NCBI GenBank assembly: GCA_900105225.1
Contig: LT629764.1
Coordinates: 96,098-136,097 of the forward strand
DNA length: 40,000 bases
Reading direction: 5' to 3'
Origin: Paenibacillaceae bacterium GAS479
Lineage (GTDB): Bacteria > Bacillota > Bacilli > Paenibacillales > Paenibacillaceae
The notes under the pieces were generated by a model. It made no database searches and was not told where the DNA came from. It was given only the letters and a program-made list of their open reading frames with translations. Both the position numbers and the translations under genes were made by a program. Positions 25,505-33,663 of the stretch are shown piece by piece. How positions within the stretch are numbered: position 1 is the stretch's first letter; the number at the start of each line of letters is the position of its first letter.

Positions 25505-25545
25505 CCGCCATTGTTCCGCCATTGTTCCGCCAACTTTCCGCCACT
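25505..25545 (-). repeat. Helically phased 11-bp direct repeats (about 3.7 copies) upstream of the late promoter
   Basis: The plus strand reads CCGCCATTGTT CCGCCATTGTT CCGCCAACTTT CCGCCACT. The last unit overlaps the stop codon of the regulator gene. Confidence 0.9.
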
Positions 25546-26146
25546 AGCCCGATAACCTTACAAATTCGGCTACTGCTCTGGGGCGAAGGCGCTCATATGT
25601 CCTCCTGGAAACTTGTAGCTTCTCGGCAACCTTCTCGATAGTCGAATCCTCGACATACCGCAACCGCAGCAGACGCGCATAATCAGGCTTGTACGACGCG
25701 AGAGCTTCGAGGGCTGCGTCGCATTGACGCAATTCCTCTTGCAGGTCCTGCGCCTCCGCTAGTCGCTCCAGCAGCGCATCCAAGTCATGCGTTCCTGCCC
25801 CGCGTGCCTCGATGACCCGTTTGATCTTCCCACGTAGCTCCAGCAGCAACTGATCATCCTCCGGGTCAGCCACTCCCGTTGGCACCGCTGCCAGCTGCGA
25901 ACGTGTGCCTACCGGGTATCGCTCCAAGTACGCGTGTGCCGTTGCCTCAAGCCGTAGCTCCCGCGTAGTCAGATACATATAGCTCGGTAGCCCTCGCAAC
26001 CGCTGATGTAGCTGCTGCAGCTGATCGTCCTCGCATAGTCTGCTGATTGTAATGCCTGCACCAACGCTATGGGCGTCCAACGCCTTAATGCGGGCCTGCT
26101 TGGCTCTGTAGCTCGTTAATAGCTCTATTGCCTGTTGTTCAGTCAT
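25544..26146 (-). CDS. Late-gene transcriptional regulator with a sigma-70 region-4-like HTH (ArpU/RinA/DUF1492/Xpf-like class)
   Basis: 200 aa. The C-terminus LLRLRYVEDSTIEKVAEKLQVSRRTYERLRPRAVAEFVRL resembles sigma region 4 / LuxR-type HTH. Its position directly upstream of the packaging genes is typical of late activators. Confidence 0.6.
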   Translation of the reverse strand: MTEQQAIELLTSYRAKQARIKALDAHSVGAGITISRLCEDDQLQQLHQRLRGLPSYMYLTTRELRLEATAHAYLERYPVGTRSQLAAVPTGVADPEDDQLLLELRGKIKRVIEARGAGTHDLDALLERLAEAQDLQEELRQCDAALEALASYKPDYARLLRLRYVEDSTIEKVAEKLQVSRRTYERLRPRAVAEFVRLSG

Positions 26147-26318
26147 CCCGTTCCCTCCCTGGGGTATCTATTTTGGGTACCTCACTTGCTTTTTGTATTC
26201 CACCCGACCACCAGGCAGCTTCCGTCGGCGATAAATCTCCTCTGCCGCCTGGTGCTTGTCCACCGAGTTAGCCATGTCGTCGCAAAGAATGACGTATAGC
26301 TGTGCGCGGCTTGCCTTT

Positions 26319-26534
26319 CTAAAGTCTGGCGTCATAGGCTTCTTCCAGCCACTCGGCCAGCATGACCATCTGCTTGATGACGAGCGGGTGGTCCTGGTAA
26401 TGGCGACACATGGCGCCCGTCGAATCTGCCACCCATGCCCAGAAGTCTGCGCTTTGGAGACCGAGCCGAAGGGCTTGCTGATTGGCGTACTGAATCCAGC
26501 CAGTCACGTCCGCGAAGAATGCGTTGTAGTCCAT
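26319..26534 (-). CDS. Hypothetical protein (71 aa)
   Basis: ATG start coupled (TGATG) to the RusA stop. No recognised motif. Confidence 0.55.
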   Translation of the reverse strand: MDYNAFFADVTGWIQYANQQALRLGLQSADFWAWVADSTGAMCRHYQDHPLVIKQMVMLAEWLEEAYDARL

Positions 26535-26950
26535 CAGCCCAGCTCCTCGATGCGGATATAGATGCCCGGCAACTGCGCCCAGAACTTTTCAGCGATCAGG
26601 CTAACCACCTGAGCGTCATCTTTCCAAAAATTCAGATCCGTCATGACGTCCTGCAGCAGCTTCTGGATGTTATCCAAATCCGGTTTCGTATGCTTGTACT
26701 GGCCGTCGGTATAGTTCCCTTTCACCGGGTAGCACCATTTCACATACAGGCGCACCGGCTTCGTGTATGCTCGCTCCGGCACATGCTGCCCAAGGTGAGC
26801 CATCAGCTTCGCCCGAGCCGCCTTGAGTTCGTCCGGCTCGTAGAAGACCGGCTTATCGTTCAAGACCCTAACCTGCTTCTGCTGGTGCGTGACAGTCGGG
26901 GGATTTTTCATTGGCATGAAGAATTCTGTCGGCACTCTATCACTTCCCAA
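26534..26950 (-). CDS. rusA: RusA-family Holliday junction resolvase
   Basis: Motifs YTDGQYKHTKPDLDNIQKLLQDVMTDLNFWKDDAQVVSLIAEK match the RusA catalytic core (kPD.DN..K...D.l...g...DD.qv). The start is uncertain (TTG 26950, GTG 26935 or ATG 26917). Confidence 0.85.
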   Translation of the reverse strand: MGSDRVPTEFFMPMKNPPTVTHQQKQVRVLNDKPVFYEPDELKAARAKLMAHLGQHVPERAYTKPVRLYVKWCYPVKGNYTDGQYKHTKPDLDNIQKLLQDVMTDLNFWKDDAQVVSLIAEKFWAQLPGIYIRIEELG

Positions 26951-26998
26951 ATTTTTACTTTTTTTAATTTTCGCCCGCGTAGATAAATGTAGGGGAGG

Positions 26999-27027
26999 GG
27001 GAGTGGCGCTTGCGACACGCCACTCCC
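26999..27027. repeat. GC-rich perfect 10-bp inverted repeat (GGGAGTGGCG-N9-CGCCACTCCC)
   Basis: Direct reading. It is flanked on one side by an A/T run (26951-26970) and on the other by the AT palindrome TTATATATTTATATATAG (27033-27050). Confidence 0.85.
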
Positions 27028-27050
27028 TATCCTTATATATTTATATATAG

Positions 27051-27187
27051 TGATTGCCGCTGCTCGGCGGCGGTGACCATGACGTATAGTAAATCCGCCG
27101 TAGTTTCACCGAGCGGCGGCAATCATAAAGAATGACGTTCCACCATGCGGCATCCATCATATAAACATGATTGCCGCCGCCGTTCGG
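27051..27187. repeat. Three copies of a ~19-nt GC-rich motif TGATTGCCGC(C/T)GC..TCGG, two direct and one inverted
   Basis: Copy 1 at 27051-27070 is TGATTGCCGCTGCTCGGCGG. Copy 2 (inverted) at 27107-27125 is CACCGAGCGGCGGCAATCA. Copy 3 at 27168-27187 is TGATTGCCGCCGCCGTTCGG. All lie in the 259-bp gap between the primase and RusA genes. Confidence 0.85.
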
Positions 27188-27209
27188 CATATCTATTGCG
27201 GAGGCGGTT

Positions 27210-29456
27210 TTAATGGTCGTCGCCGTCGATTTTGATGATGATGTTGCCATTGTTCTTGTCGAACATATATCCGAACTTTTTGACCCATTCACGGACAGTT
27301 CGCTCAGCAACCTCTTTTCCGGTTGAAGCGTACCATTCCACGACATTTTTTGTTGTAGGCGGCTCCCCGAAATTGCAGTTGCTGACGACTTCCTCGAACT
27401 CTTCCGCCTTACTCCGACGCTCCTTATTCGCCTGCTCCTTACGTTTCCCCGTCGCCTTCTGCCAAGGGGCTTGCGCCTCTCCTTCTGGATCAATATCCTT
27501 GAGGCTGCCCGACTGATCAACACGGTGGACCGGATACTGGAACCACATGTTAACGGGAGCAAACTTTGGATACTCCCGCAGCGTGCCTTCCACGCGCCAG
27601 GCCGATCGGATTCGAACAGCCTTCAGTACGCGCTCGATCTCAGCTTTTGCAGCAGCCTGCTCCGTGTCATAGATGGCGCGACGGGCATGATCTTCCATTT
27701 GAGTGGAGCTGAGCAGATCGTCTTGGGAAACAGACTGAGCCAGATACTGCGGATTGTGCTGCTCAAAATACCGTTGATAGACCGCGCAAGTGGCTTTGTT
27801 CTCCTCTTGCTTCAATAAAGCTTCCGTTATATCAAGCTCTACCAAATCGATCAGGGCGTCTGGATCTCGAGCGAATACACCGCTGCCGCTGGCCCGATCC
27901 ATCGACTTTTTACCGCCTTGGGAACCCTTCGAGTGATGGTGACAGTAGATGACGCCAGCACCGAGCTCCGTTGCGATCTTGTCGAATTGGTTCGTGAAGT
28001 GTGCCATCTGATCGGCGCTATTCTCGTCGCCAGTCAACACTTTATAGATAGGATCAATGATGACAGCAATGTAATTTTTCTTGGCAGCGCGCCGGATTAG
28101 CTTCGGTGCCAGCTTATCCATCGGGACTGTTTTGCCCCGTAGATTCCAGATGTCGATATTGCCGAGATTTCGCGGTGGCAACCCGAGTGCCATGTATACA
28201 TCCTTGAAGCGATGCAAGCAACTGGCCCGGTCAAGCTCCAGATTGACGTATAGTACTTTGCCTTTTGCGCAGGCCCAGTTGAGCCAATTGGCACCCTCTG
28301 CAAAGGCTATAGAGAGCTCTATTAATGCAAACGACTTGCCTGCTTTACTCGGCCCAGCTATGAGCATTTTGTGACCTTGCCGCAGCACGCCGTGAATGAG
28401 AGGAGGCGCCAGCACCGGCATGTTATCCCAAAAGTCCGCCAGTCCTTCCGGGTCCGGTAGGTCGTCGTTCACGCCCTCAATCCATTCATGCCACTCGGCC
28501 CAGCTCGCCCGGCCAATGTTGGTATCCACGATGAATTGTTTCTTGCCGTTCCGCTCGACGCCCGGCATCCGCGACAGCCGCGATGGGTTACGATTTTGCT
28601 TGTCAATGTTGAGTCCGTTCCGTTTGCAGACTTCATATAAATAGTCCACCCGTTTGCGGTACTCATCATAGTTAGCCGCGTCCACCCGGACGATGGCGTG
28701 CAGGCTTTTCCCGCCGCTGTATACCAGGACAGCGATCGGCAGCTCCAGCTCACGCATAATGGCATTCTGCTTCTCAACTTCCATCGTGTCGCTTTCCACG
28801 AGTGCATACCGGTACTCGGTGACGTTCTCATTTTTCACGCCGTCACCGTTGAGCGGGTTAAATCGGATCCACGCGCCGGCTTCTGGCTTGTAGTCTCCCA
28901 TAACAGCGCAAATGTCGCCCTCGCAACGGTTGAGCGCTTGAATCAGCTCGCCTGCCGTCCGATCCCAAGCGCCCTTTGTGGGCAGATACTTGCCATCATC
29001 GTTCGCCCAGGCATCCATGACATAACCAACATTTTCGGAAGCCTCGAACAGTGTCTGTAGATATGTGGTAAGCTGCTGAACCGGGTTCCAGGTCGTGGGA
29101 TGCTGGATCTCCTTACCTTCGATCCAATTGCGATCAATAACGACGTAATCGCCGTCAATCTCATCGTCCCAGTCCAGCTCCCGATCCTCGCGGCCAGAGC
29201 GCGGCACCCAACCGCCGTCCTTGGCCATCTGCGTAATCGTGGCGCCGGTCGTACCGGTCCCCTCGAACGACGTCCACTTCCGGAAGCACTCGCCGGGCTT
29301 GTATCGGCCCGAATCGCGTCGGCTCCACTCGTCCCACTCGCTGGCGGTGTAGCCCTCGTATTTAAGGGCCATCCCGACGTTAACCCATTCCTGATAGGAT
29401 AGGTAAGCCGGGTCTATATAATGAAGCAACGCAATTAGATCCATTTTATGATCCAT
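27210..29456 (-). CDS. Bifunctional replication protein: PriCT-like N-terminus, prim-pol domain and RecA-like (AAA_25/RepA-type) helicase domain
   Basis: 748 aa. The N-terminus YQEWVNVGMALKYEGYTASEWDEWSRRD..FRKW is PriCT-2-like. LVYSGGKSLHAIVRV is prim-pol-like. Walker A is LIAGPSKAGKSFALIEL, with a Walker B-like IAVIIDPI. Confidence 0.8.
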   Translation of the reverse strand: MDHKMDLIALLHYIDPAYLSYQEWVNVGMALKYEGYTASEWDEWSRRDSGRYKPGECFRKWTSFEGTGTTGATITQMAKDGGWVPRSGREDRELDWDDEIDGDYVVIDRNWIEGKEIQHPTTWNPVQQLTTYLQTLFEASENVGYVMDAWANDDGKYLPTKGAWDRTAGELIQALNRCEGDICAVMGDYKPEAGAWIRFNPLNGDGVKNENVTEYRYALVESDTMEVEKQNAIMRELELPIAVLVYSGGKSLHAIVRVDAANYDEYRKRVDYLYEVCKRNGLNIDKQNRNPSRLSRMPGVERNGKKQFIVDTNIGRASWAEWHEWIEGVNDDLPDPEGLADFWDNMPVLAPPLIHGVLRQGHKMLIAGPSKAGKSFALIELSIAFAEGANWLNWACAKGKVLYVNLELDRASCLHRFKDVYMALGLPPRNLGNIDIWNLRGKTVPMDKLAPKLIRRAAKKNYIAVIIDPIYKVLTGDENSADQMAHFTNQFDKIATELGAGVIYCHHHSKGSQGGKKSMDRASGSGVFARDPDALIDLVELDITEALLKQEENKATCAVYQRYFEQHNPQYLAQSVSQDDLLSSTQMEDHARRAIYDTEQAAAKAEIERVLKAVRIRSAWRVEGTLREYPKFAPVNMWFQYPVHRVDQSGSLKDIDPEGEAQAPWQKATGKRKEQANKERRSKAEEFEEVVSNCNFGEPPTTKNVVEWYASTGKEVAERTVREWVKKFGYMFDKNNGNIIIKIDGDDH

Positions 29457-29544
29457 CGTCTACCACCCTATCAATAGTCCATATATTCCAATCCAGCAGA
29501 TAACAGCACATCCTAGACCGATGCAAAGCCCCCGGAAGAATGGG

Positions 29545-29928
29545 TTACCCTCCATGCTCTGCCTCTGATCTAAGCGCCAATATAGCTGCGACCGTTATTG
29601 CGTGGGGAGCTGAGTCGGACTCTGCCCTAGCTGTAGCGGTGAATCGATTTTGCGTTACGTTCCATTTGTCGAAACGTACTCCATGCCCTCCGTCATCCAG
29701 AGATTGTAGGATGTAATCCCATCCTCGACGCTGCATCTCCTCTATAACCTGACCTGCTCCGGCCCAGGTGGTGGAGTAAGCAGGAATAGGCTGCGGAAAG
29801 ATTCCGTCCCCGTCTTCGACCATCATCGGACGTCTCCAGTTTTCGTGATCAATTTCCCTTCCCATCGCCTTCGCCAACTCCATGTCCAACTCCGGCCCAG
29901 CAGGCATCGTTCTCAAATCAATCGACAT
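29545..29928 (-). CDS. Hypothetical phage protein (Phage ABA-sandwich-like)
   Basis: 127 aa. The pattern ELDMELAKAMG......PAYSTTWAGAGQVIEEMQRRGW resembles the ABA-sandwich domain family. The assignment comes from motif memory only. Confidence 0.5.
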   Translation of the reverse strand: MSIDLRTMPAGPELDMELAKAMGREIDHENWRRPMMVEDGDGIFPQPIPAYSTTWAGAGQVIEEMQRRGWDYILQSLDDGGHGVRFDKWNVTQNRFTATARAESDSAPHAITVAAILALRSEAEHGG

Positions 29929-30397
29929 GCGCCCACGCCACCTTTCGGATTATCCTGCTTACAACGCTGGGGGTTAGTCCGTACCTCTTTCCGATTTGCA
30001 GCTGAGTCACCGTTCCTGTTGCATACCACCTGCGGAGATCAACAACGTCTTCTTTACTGAGTTTGTACTTCTTCAAGCCGATGCGATGTGCATGCCTCCC
30101 ATTTTCCTCTCGACTCATAGCCTCAAGGTTAGTAATGTTGTTGTTCTGCTTATTTCCGTCAATGTGATTTACAGTTGTGTCCAGAATATTAATGCCGCCA
30201 AAGTAGGCAACAATCTCATGAACTCCGTATATGAATTTCTTGGAATTTAAGCTAAAACTAATGATTTCATATCCTCTATCGCGTCGAGTTCTCATAACGT
30301 TACCAGTAAAATTACTTCTGATTTCATTCGTTTCTGAGTCAAACTGGTATTTGGATGGAAAGAGTTTGTGAAGCAAGTCAATTCTTTCTTGCTTCAT
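29918..30397 (-). CDS. HNH homing-type endonuclease (HNH_3) with a C-terminal HTH
   Basis: 159 aa with VNHIDGNKQNNNITNLEAMSREENGRHAH (H-N-N/H core) and a C-terminal HTH (QLQIGKRYGLTPSVVSRIIRK). Markedly AT-rich (22/60 G+C at 30121-30180) relative to its neighbours. Confidence 0.8.
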   Translation of the reverse strand: MKQERIDLLHKLFPSKYQFDSETNEIRSNFTGNVMRTRRDRGYEIISFSLNSKKFIYGVHEIVAYFGGINILDTTVNHIDGNKQNNNITNLEAMSREENGRHAHRIGLKKYKLSKEDVVDLRRWYATGTVTQLQIGKRYGLTPSVVSRIIRKVAWAHVD

Positions 30398-30801
30398 CCC
30401 TCTCCCTCCTTGAGCAGATGGGGGTGCTGGTGGATGTTGCCGATGATCACGCCTTTATATAGTCCAGTTGTGTAATCAATGCCCGCTGTCAAATTAAAGG
30501 ATGCTTTTGAATCAACATATTGAACAATGACTTTCTTTTTGGGTTGTACCGGAAAACACGCTCCATGTTTAAAATCAAGCTCTTCCGATATATCCCCCTC
30601 GTAAATCTCAATTTCCGCCTTGTCCTTGAGGCCAACATACTGGCCTACTGTTGCTGGATCGACCTTGAGCCAAAACTCGGTGCAAAAATAATCCTCGTCC
30701 CATTCCACGATAGGACCAACGATTTTATCCGGTGCGATCAGGCTGCCGTACACCCACTCGCCGTTGTCGATCCGGCGTCCACGATACTTGTACTCCCTCA
30801 T
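30394..30801 (-). CDS. YopX-family protein
   Basis: 135 aa. MREYKYRGRRIDNGEWVYGSL....VGQYVGLKDKAEIEIYEGDI is the YopX signature. Confidence 0.8.
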   Translation of the reverse strand: MREYKYRGRRIDNGEWVYGSLIAPDKIVGPIVEWDEDYFCTEFWLKVDPATVGQYVGLKDKAEIEIYEGDISEELDFKHGACFPVQPKKKVIVQYVDSKASFNLTAGIDYTTGLYKGVIIGNIHQHPHLLKEGEG

Positions 30802-31484
30802 TCGGTTCTATCTCCTTTCAGTTTTTCAAGGATGGAACGGGCGCGTTGACCTCGGTCCGTGAATCCAATGCCGACTGAAAAGAAATCGTCTTTGTCACCG
30901 TCCCATGCAGCCTCGTCACCGTAAAACTCCAACACTTTTTGTAGCTCATCCCGTTCCTGTTTTAGGCGATCTGTTCGTTCCTTGTGCTTATTCAGAGCCT
31001 TGCAGACAGCATCGTAAGCGTCTTGGGTTGGATGTTGTTTAAATGCATCGATGCGCCATTTCTCCGACTCATCCTTCCAGTGCTGTACCTCGGCTTGTAG
31101 GTGGTCAACCTTGCTGATTGTTTCAACTAGAGTTGCCTTGCATCGGTCATACTCGCCTTGCCAGTGCTCCTCCGTAGCTTTGACTTCAAAACGGAGCTGA
31201 TCGTTCTCGGCCTGTAGGCGATAGTTGTCCGCCCGCTGGTAGATCAACTCTGCTCCAAGCTCTGCTGACTCATCTTTAAGCCGCTGTACCTCGGCTAGGA
31301 GGGATCGGGTCAGACGGCGGTGAAAATCTCCATCAACGATCCTCTCCTGGCCTTGGATAGCATCCGCGGCATACTCCGCCATCTGCTCTGCCGTGATGGG
31401 CTGCTGAGTAGCCGCATCCAGCGCCTGCCGTATCACATCCATCTGCTCCGCCGTCATGGGCTTGGGCTGCTGTTCGTTACTCAA
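30798..31484 (-). CDS. Hypothetical coiled-coil protein (228 aa)
   Basis: TTG start with SD GAGGAGGA. Long heptad-like region (LLAEVQRLKDESAELGAELIYQRADNYRLQAENDQLRFEVK..). No catalytic motif. Confidence 0.6.
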   Translation of the reverse strand: MSNEQQPKPMTAEQMDVIRQALDAATQQPITAEQMAEYAADAIQGQERIVDGDFHRRLTRSLLAEVQRLKDESAELGAELIYQRADNYRLQAENDQLRFEVKATEEHWQGEYDRCKATLVETISKVDHLQAEVQHWKDESEKWRIDAFKQHPTQDAYDAVCKALNKHKERTDRLKQERDELQKVLEFYGDEAAWDGDKDDFFSVGIGFTDRGQRARSILEKLKGDRTE

Positions 31485-31615
31485 GTCTGTTCCTCCTCAT
31501 AGTCGCAATCGGGGTTACGGCACTCGTCCCAGCCAGAATCTTCCGGAGTGCCAGAACACTGCGGAACCATATGCCAACCGCATCCGGGGCAAGTTGCAGG
31601 CTGTTCGTCACTCAT
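31481..31615 (-). CDS. Small Cys-rich (zinc-ribbon-like) protein, 44 aa
   Basis: Not in the ORF track. ATGAGTGA overlap with the upstream ORF. Translation is MSDEQPATCPGCGWHMVPQCSGTPEDSGWDECRNPDCDYEEEQT. Confidence 0.45.
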   Translation of the reverse strand: MSDEQPATCPGCGWHMVPQCSGTPEDSGWDECRNPDCDYEEEQT

Positions 31616-31829
31616 GGTCTGATCCCTCCGGCAGTTGGCAATTTGTCAGTGCTTTAACCCGTAGATATTCCAACCCCTTTTCATTCAGGCACGGGATGAG
31701 TGTCTGTAAAGCTTCTTCGCAGAACTGGGCGTACTCGCTGAATCCTTCCGGCTTATCCAGCTCATTCCGCAGACGTTCCAGCGCAAGCATTGCCTGCACT
31801 TCAAGTGTTTGTTTCTTCGGCTTACTCAT
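31608..31829 (-). CDS. Hypothetical small protein (73 aa)
   Basis: ATG 31829 (ATGA overlap with the upstream stop; SD GAGGAGG). The track ORF starts at GTG 31838. Confidence 0.55.
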   Translation of the reverse strand: MSKPKKQTLEVQAMLALERLRNELDKPEGFSEYAQFCEEALQTLIPCLNEKGLEYLRVKALTNCQLPEGSDHE

Positions 31830-31978
31830 CGGCGCCACACCTCCTCATCCTCTAAGTAGATACATACGTTGTCGCAATCGACGACAGTTGGTGTCAGCCA
31901 GTTGGTACCGTCGCTCCGGACAATCTCGCAGTCATCTGGCATGTCCTTGATGGCATCTAGCAGCTCACGTTTAGTCAT
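31826..31978 (-). CDS. Hypothetical small protein (50 aa)
   Basis: Not in the ORF track. ATGACTAA overlap with the upstream ORF. Translation is MTKRELLDAIKDMPDDCEIVRSDGTNWLTPTVVDCDNVCIYLEDEEVWRR. Confidence 0.45.
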   Translation of the reverse strand: MTKRELLDAIKDMPDDCEIVRSDGTNWLTPTVVDCDNVCIYLEDEEVWRR

Positions 31979-32153
31979 GGGTGGCCTCCTCCACAGGGTT
32001 CAGGTAAACAAACAAGTCACCGTTAAACCTACGGTACAGAAAATGTTCAGCTTTACAATTAGGGCATTTGATTTTTACGCCTTCATCTTTCTTTTCGCCG
32101 TCCCAAGCGTCCAATTCGTTTGGCACGTCACAACGTTCACAATACATTTCCAT
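31971..32153 (-). CDS. Small zinc-ribbon protein (60 aa)
   Basis: CERC...(22)...CPNC pattern. SD CCAAGGAGGG. Confidence 0.55.
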   Translation of the reverse strand: MEMYCERCDVPNELDAWDGEKKDEGVKIKCPNCKAEHFLYRRFNGDLFVYLNPVEEATHD

Positions 32154-32179
32154 CCGCTATCCCTCCTTGGGAGGCCCCT

Positions 32180-32374
32180 CTAGGCCACCCGTGTAATAGT
32201 GCAATCGTCGCGCAGGCTTAAGTTTTGCCCCTTATTCAAGGCTTTCAAATCGACTCGCAAAGCCACCGAATCGACTTCAAAAGCCGTTTTGTCTTCTATG
32301 TGGTCAATCGCTTCATCAACGTGCCGGAAGCACCGTGTTTCTCCTTCAATTTCAACTTTGTACTGGCGTTCCAT
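32180..32374 (-). CDS. Hypothetical small protein (64 aa)
   Basis: ATG with SD CCAAGGAGGGG. No motif recognised. Confidence 0.55.
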   Translation of the reverse strand: MERQYKVEIEGETRCFRHVDEAIDHIEDKTAFEVDSVALRVDLKALNKGQNLSLRDDCTITRVA

Positions 32375-32616
32375 CTGTTTCCCCTCCTTGGGAGACTGGA
32401 GTCTCTAAACTATCCGTCCAGTCTTGCGTAACCTCGCTTGCACAGAGCCAAGATCGTCTGCTCCACAACCTCCATACTGGTGGGCCACTCCACGCTCGCC
32501 TCACGCTCGCCTCGATCTCTTCAAGTAGCGATACCGATACCGTCCACCCTTTCGGGCCATCGTGACTGTCTGATATCGGGATTGGCCGTAGCCTCCCTGT
32601 GTTGTGCCCCTGGGGG

Positions 32617-33663
32617 CTATATGGCTTGAACATAATCCCTTATGATCCGCGACTCCCAATCCACCCTCCAGGCCTCCAGGCCGCAGCCGTGGCTTTCTGC
32701 CAGCTGCTGATACTCGGCCTCGTAAACCTCTGCTAGCGGCCTCCGGCTGTAATGCAGGTACGGAATGCTCCTCATGATCTTGGTCCCGGTTCGCTGCACT
32801 GCCCGAAGCTGCCCATCGAACCAGCAGGCCTTAAGAAAGGAAATAGGCTCGGTTTGGATGATTTCATCCCAGTCCATACCAATGTCGCGGGAGCCATCGC
32901 AATTGAAGGGGCAGAGGTAGCAACGTGATCGGCGTGTCGGAAAGTCGTTTTCCACTAAAAATGCGATACTGTCGGCGGTTGACTCGTTGCTTTCAACCAG
33001 TGGATAAGAGAGGTAAACGTAATCGTATTGCGGGGATTGCCACATGCTGATCCGGCGGATCTCGTCGTAGGAAAAGCCTATATCGATAATGATGCCTACG
33101 TCCTGCGGAAACCGCTGCCGGTATCCCAAGCCAGCCTGATCCATGATTTTCCGCCGAACAGCCTGCTTCACCGGAACTATTTTGAAATCCACCGTGCATT
33201 GGCGTGGCAGCATTCCGGCTGGTTTGACCTCACCCGTCTCCGGGTTGACGCTGCTGCAGTAAACTGGCATCTGGAACCGCTGATAGTCCGTGAGGATGTA
33301 GCGCATTAGCATCTCCTCCAAGCCGCCTGGCATGCCGCTATGGTGTGTAACAAGGAATGGAGTAGTGTTGCCGCAGTCTCGCTGCCGCTGCTGCCACCAG
33401 GCAACCTGGTCGTGGATAAACTGCGGCTCTGCGCCAGTGTCAGCAAAGACAATGTAGTCGTAATCGACCTCACCCCTGAAATGCTGCTCCAGTAAGTGCG
33501 CCGACTGCGTACCGCCGCCGAAGGAGAGGACGTGGACGATTCGATCCCTACCATTCCGCTGGTGTTCTCCTCTCAGCTCTGCCTTTGTGCGGAAGATGCC
33601 GTCGCGGAATTTCTTGTGTAGCCGAAAGTCCGGGGGCATTTCGAAAAGCTGGAGCTGCTGCAT
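32617..33663 (-). CDS. PAPS-reductase-like PP-loop ATP pyrophosphatase family protein
   Basis: 348 aa. The PP-loop variant is VLSFGGGTQSAHL. Later CTVDFKIVPV and a C-terminal Cys cluster (RCYLCPFNC) fit phage-encoded PAPS_reduct/DndC-like proteins. Confidence 0.7.
   Translation of the reverse strand: MQQLQLFEMPPDFRLHKKFRDGIFRTKAELRGEHQRNGRDRIVHVLSFGGGTQSAHLLEQHFRGEVDYDYIVFADTGAEPQFIHDQVAWWQQRQRDCGNTTPFLVTHHSGMPGGLEEMLMRYILTDYQRFQMPVYCSSVNPETGEVKPAGMLPRQCTVDFKIVPVKQAVRRKIMDQAGLGYRQRFPQDVGIIIDIGFSYDEIRRISMWQSPQYDYVYLSYPLVESNESTADSIAFLVENDFPTRRSRCYLCPFNCDGSRDIGMDWDEIIQTEPISFLKACWFDGQLRAVQRTGTKIMRSIPYLHYSRRPLAEVYEAEYQQLAESHGCGLEAWRVDWESRIIRDYVQAI

Noticed and set aside
26168-26275. 35-aa basic ORF (MANSVDKHQAAEEIYRRRKLPGGRVEYKKQVRYPK) in the gap upstream of the late regulator
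   Set aside because: There is no SD within range of the ATG and the ORF is very short. It may still be real, but the sequence alone does not support calling it.
27041-27562. 173-aa minus-strand track ORF
   Set aside because: Most of it overlaps the primase/helicase gene out of frame. Its 3' tail is generated by the GC-rich repeats (hence the recurring GGGNH/SSGNH) and has no SD.
32352-32633. 93-aa minus-strand track ORF across the gap downstream of the PAPS-reductase-like gene
   Set aside because: It overlaps both neighbouring genes and has no SD. Its composition (W/R/S/P-rich) looks non-coding. Other frames give only 19-27-aa peptides.
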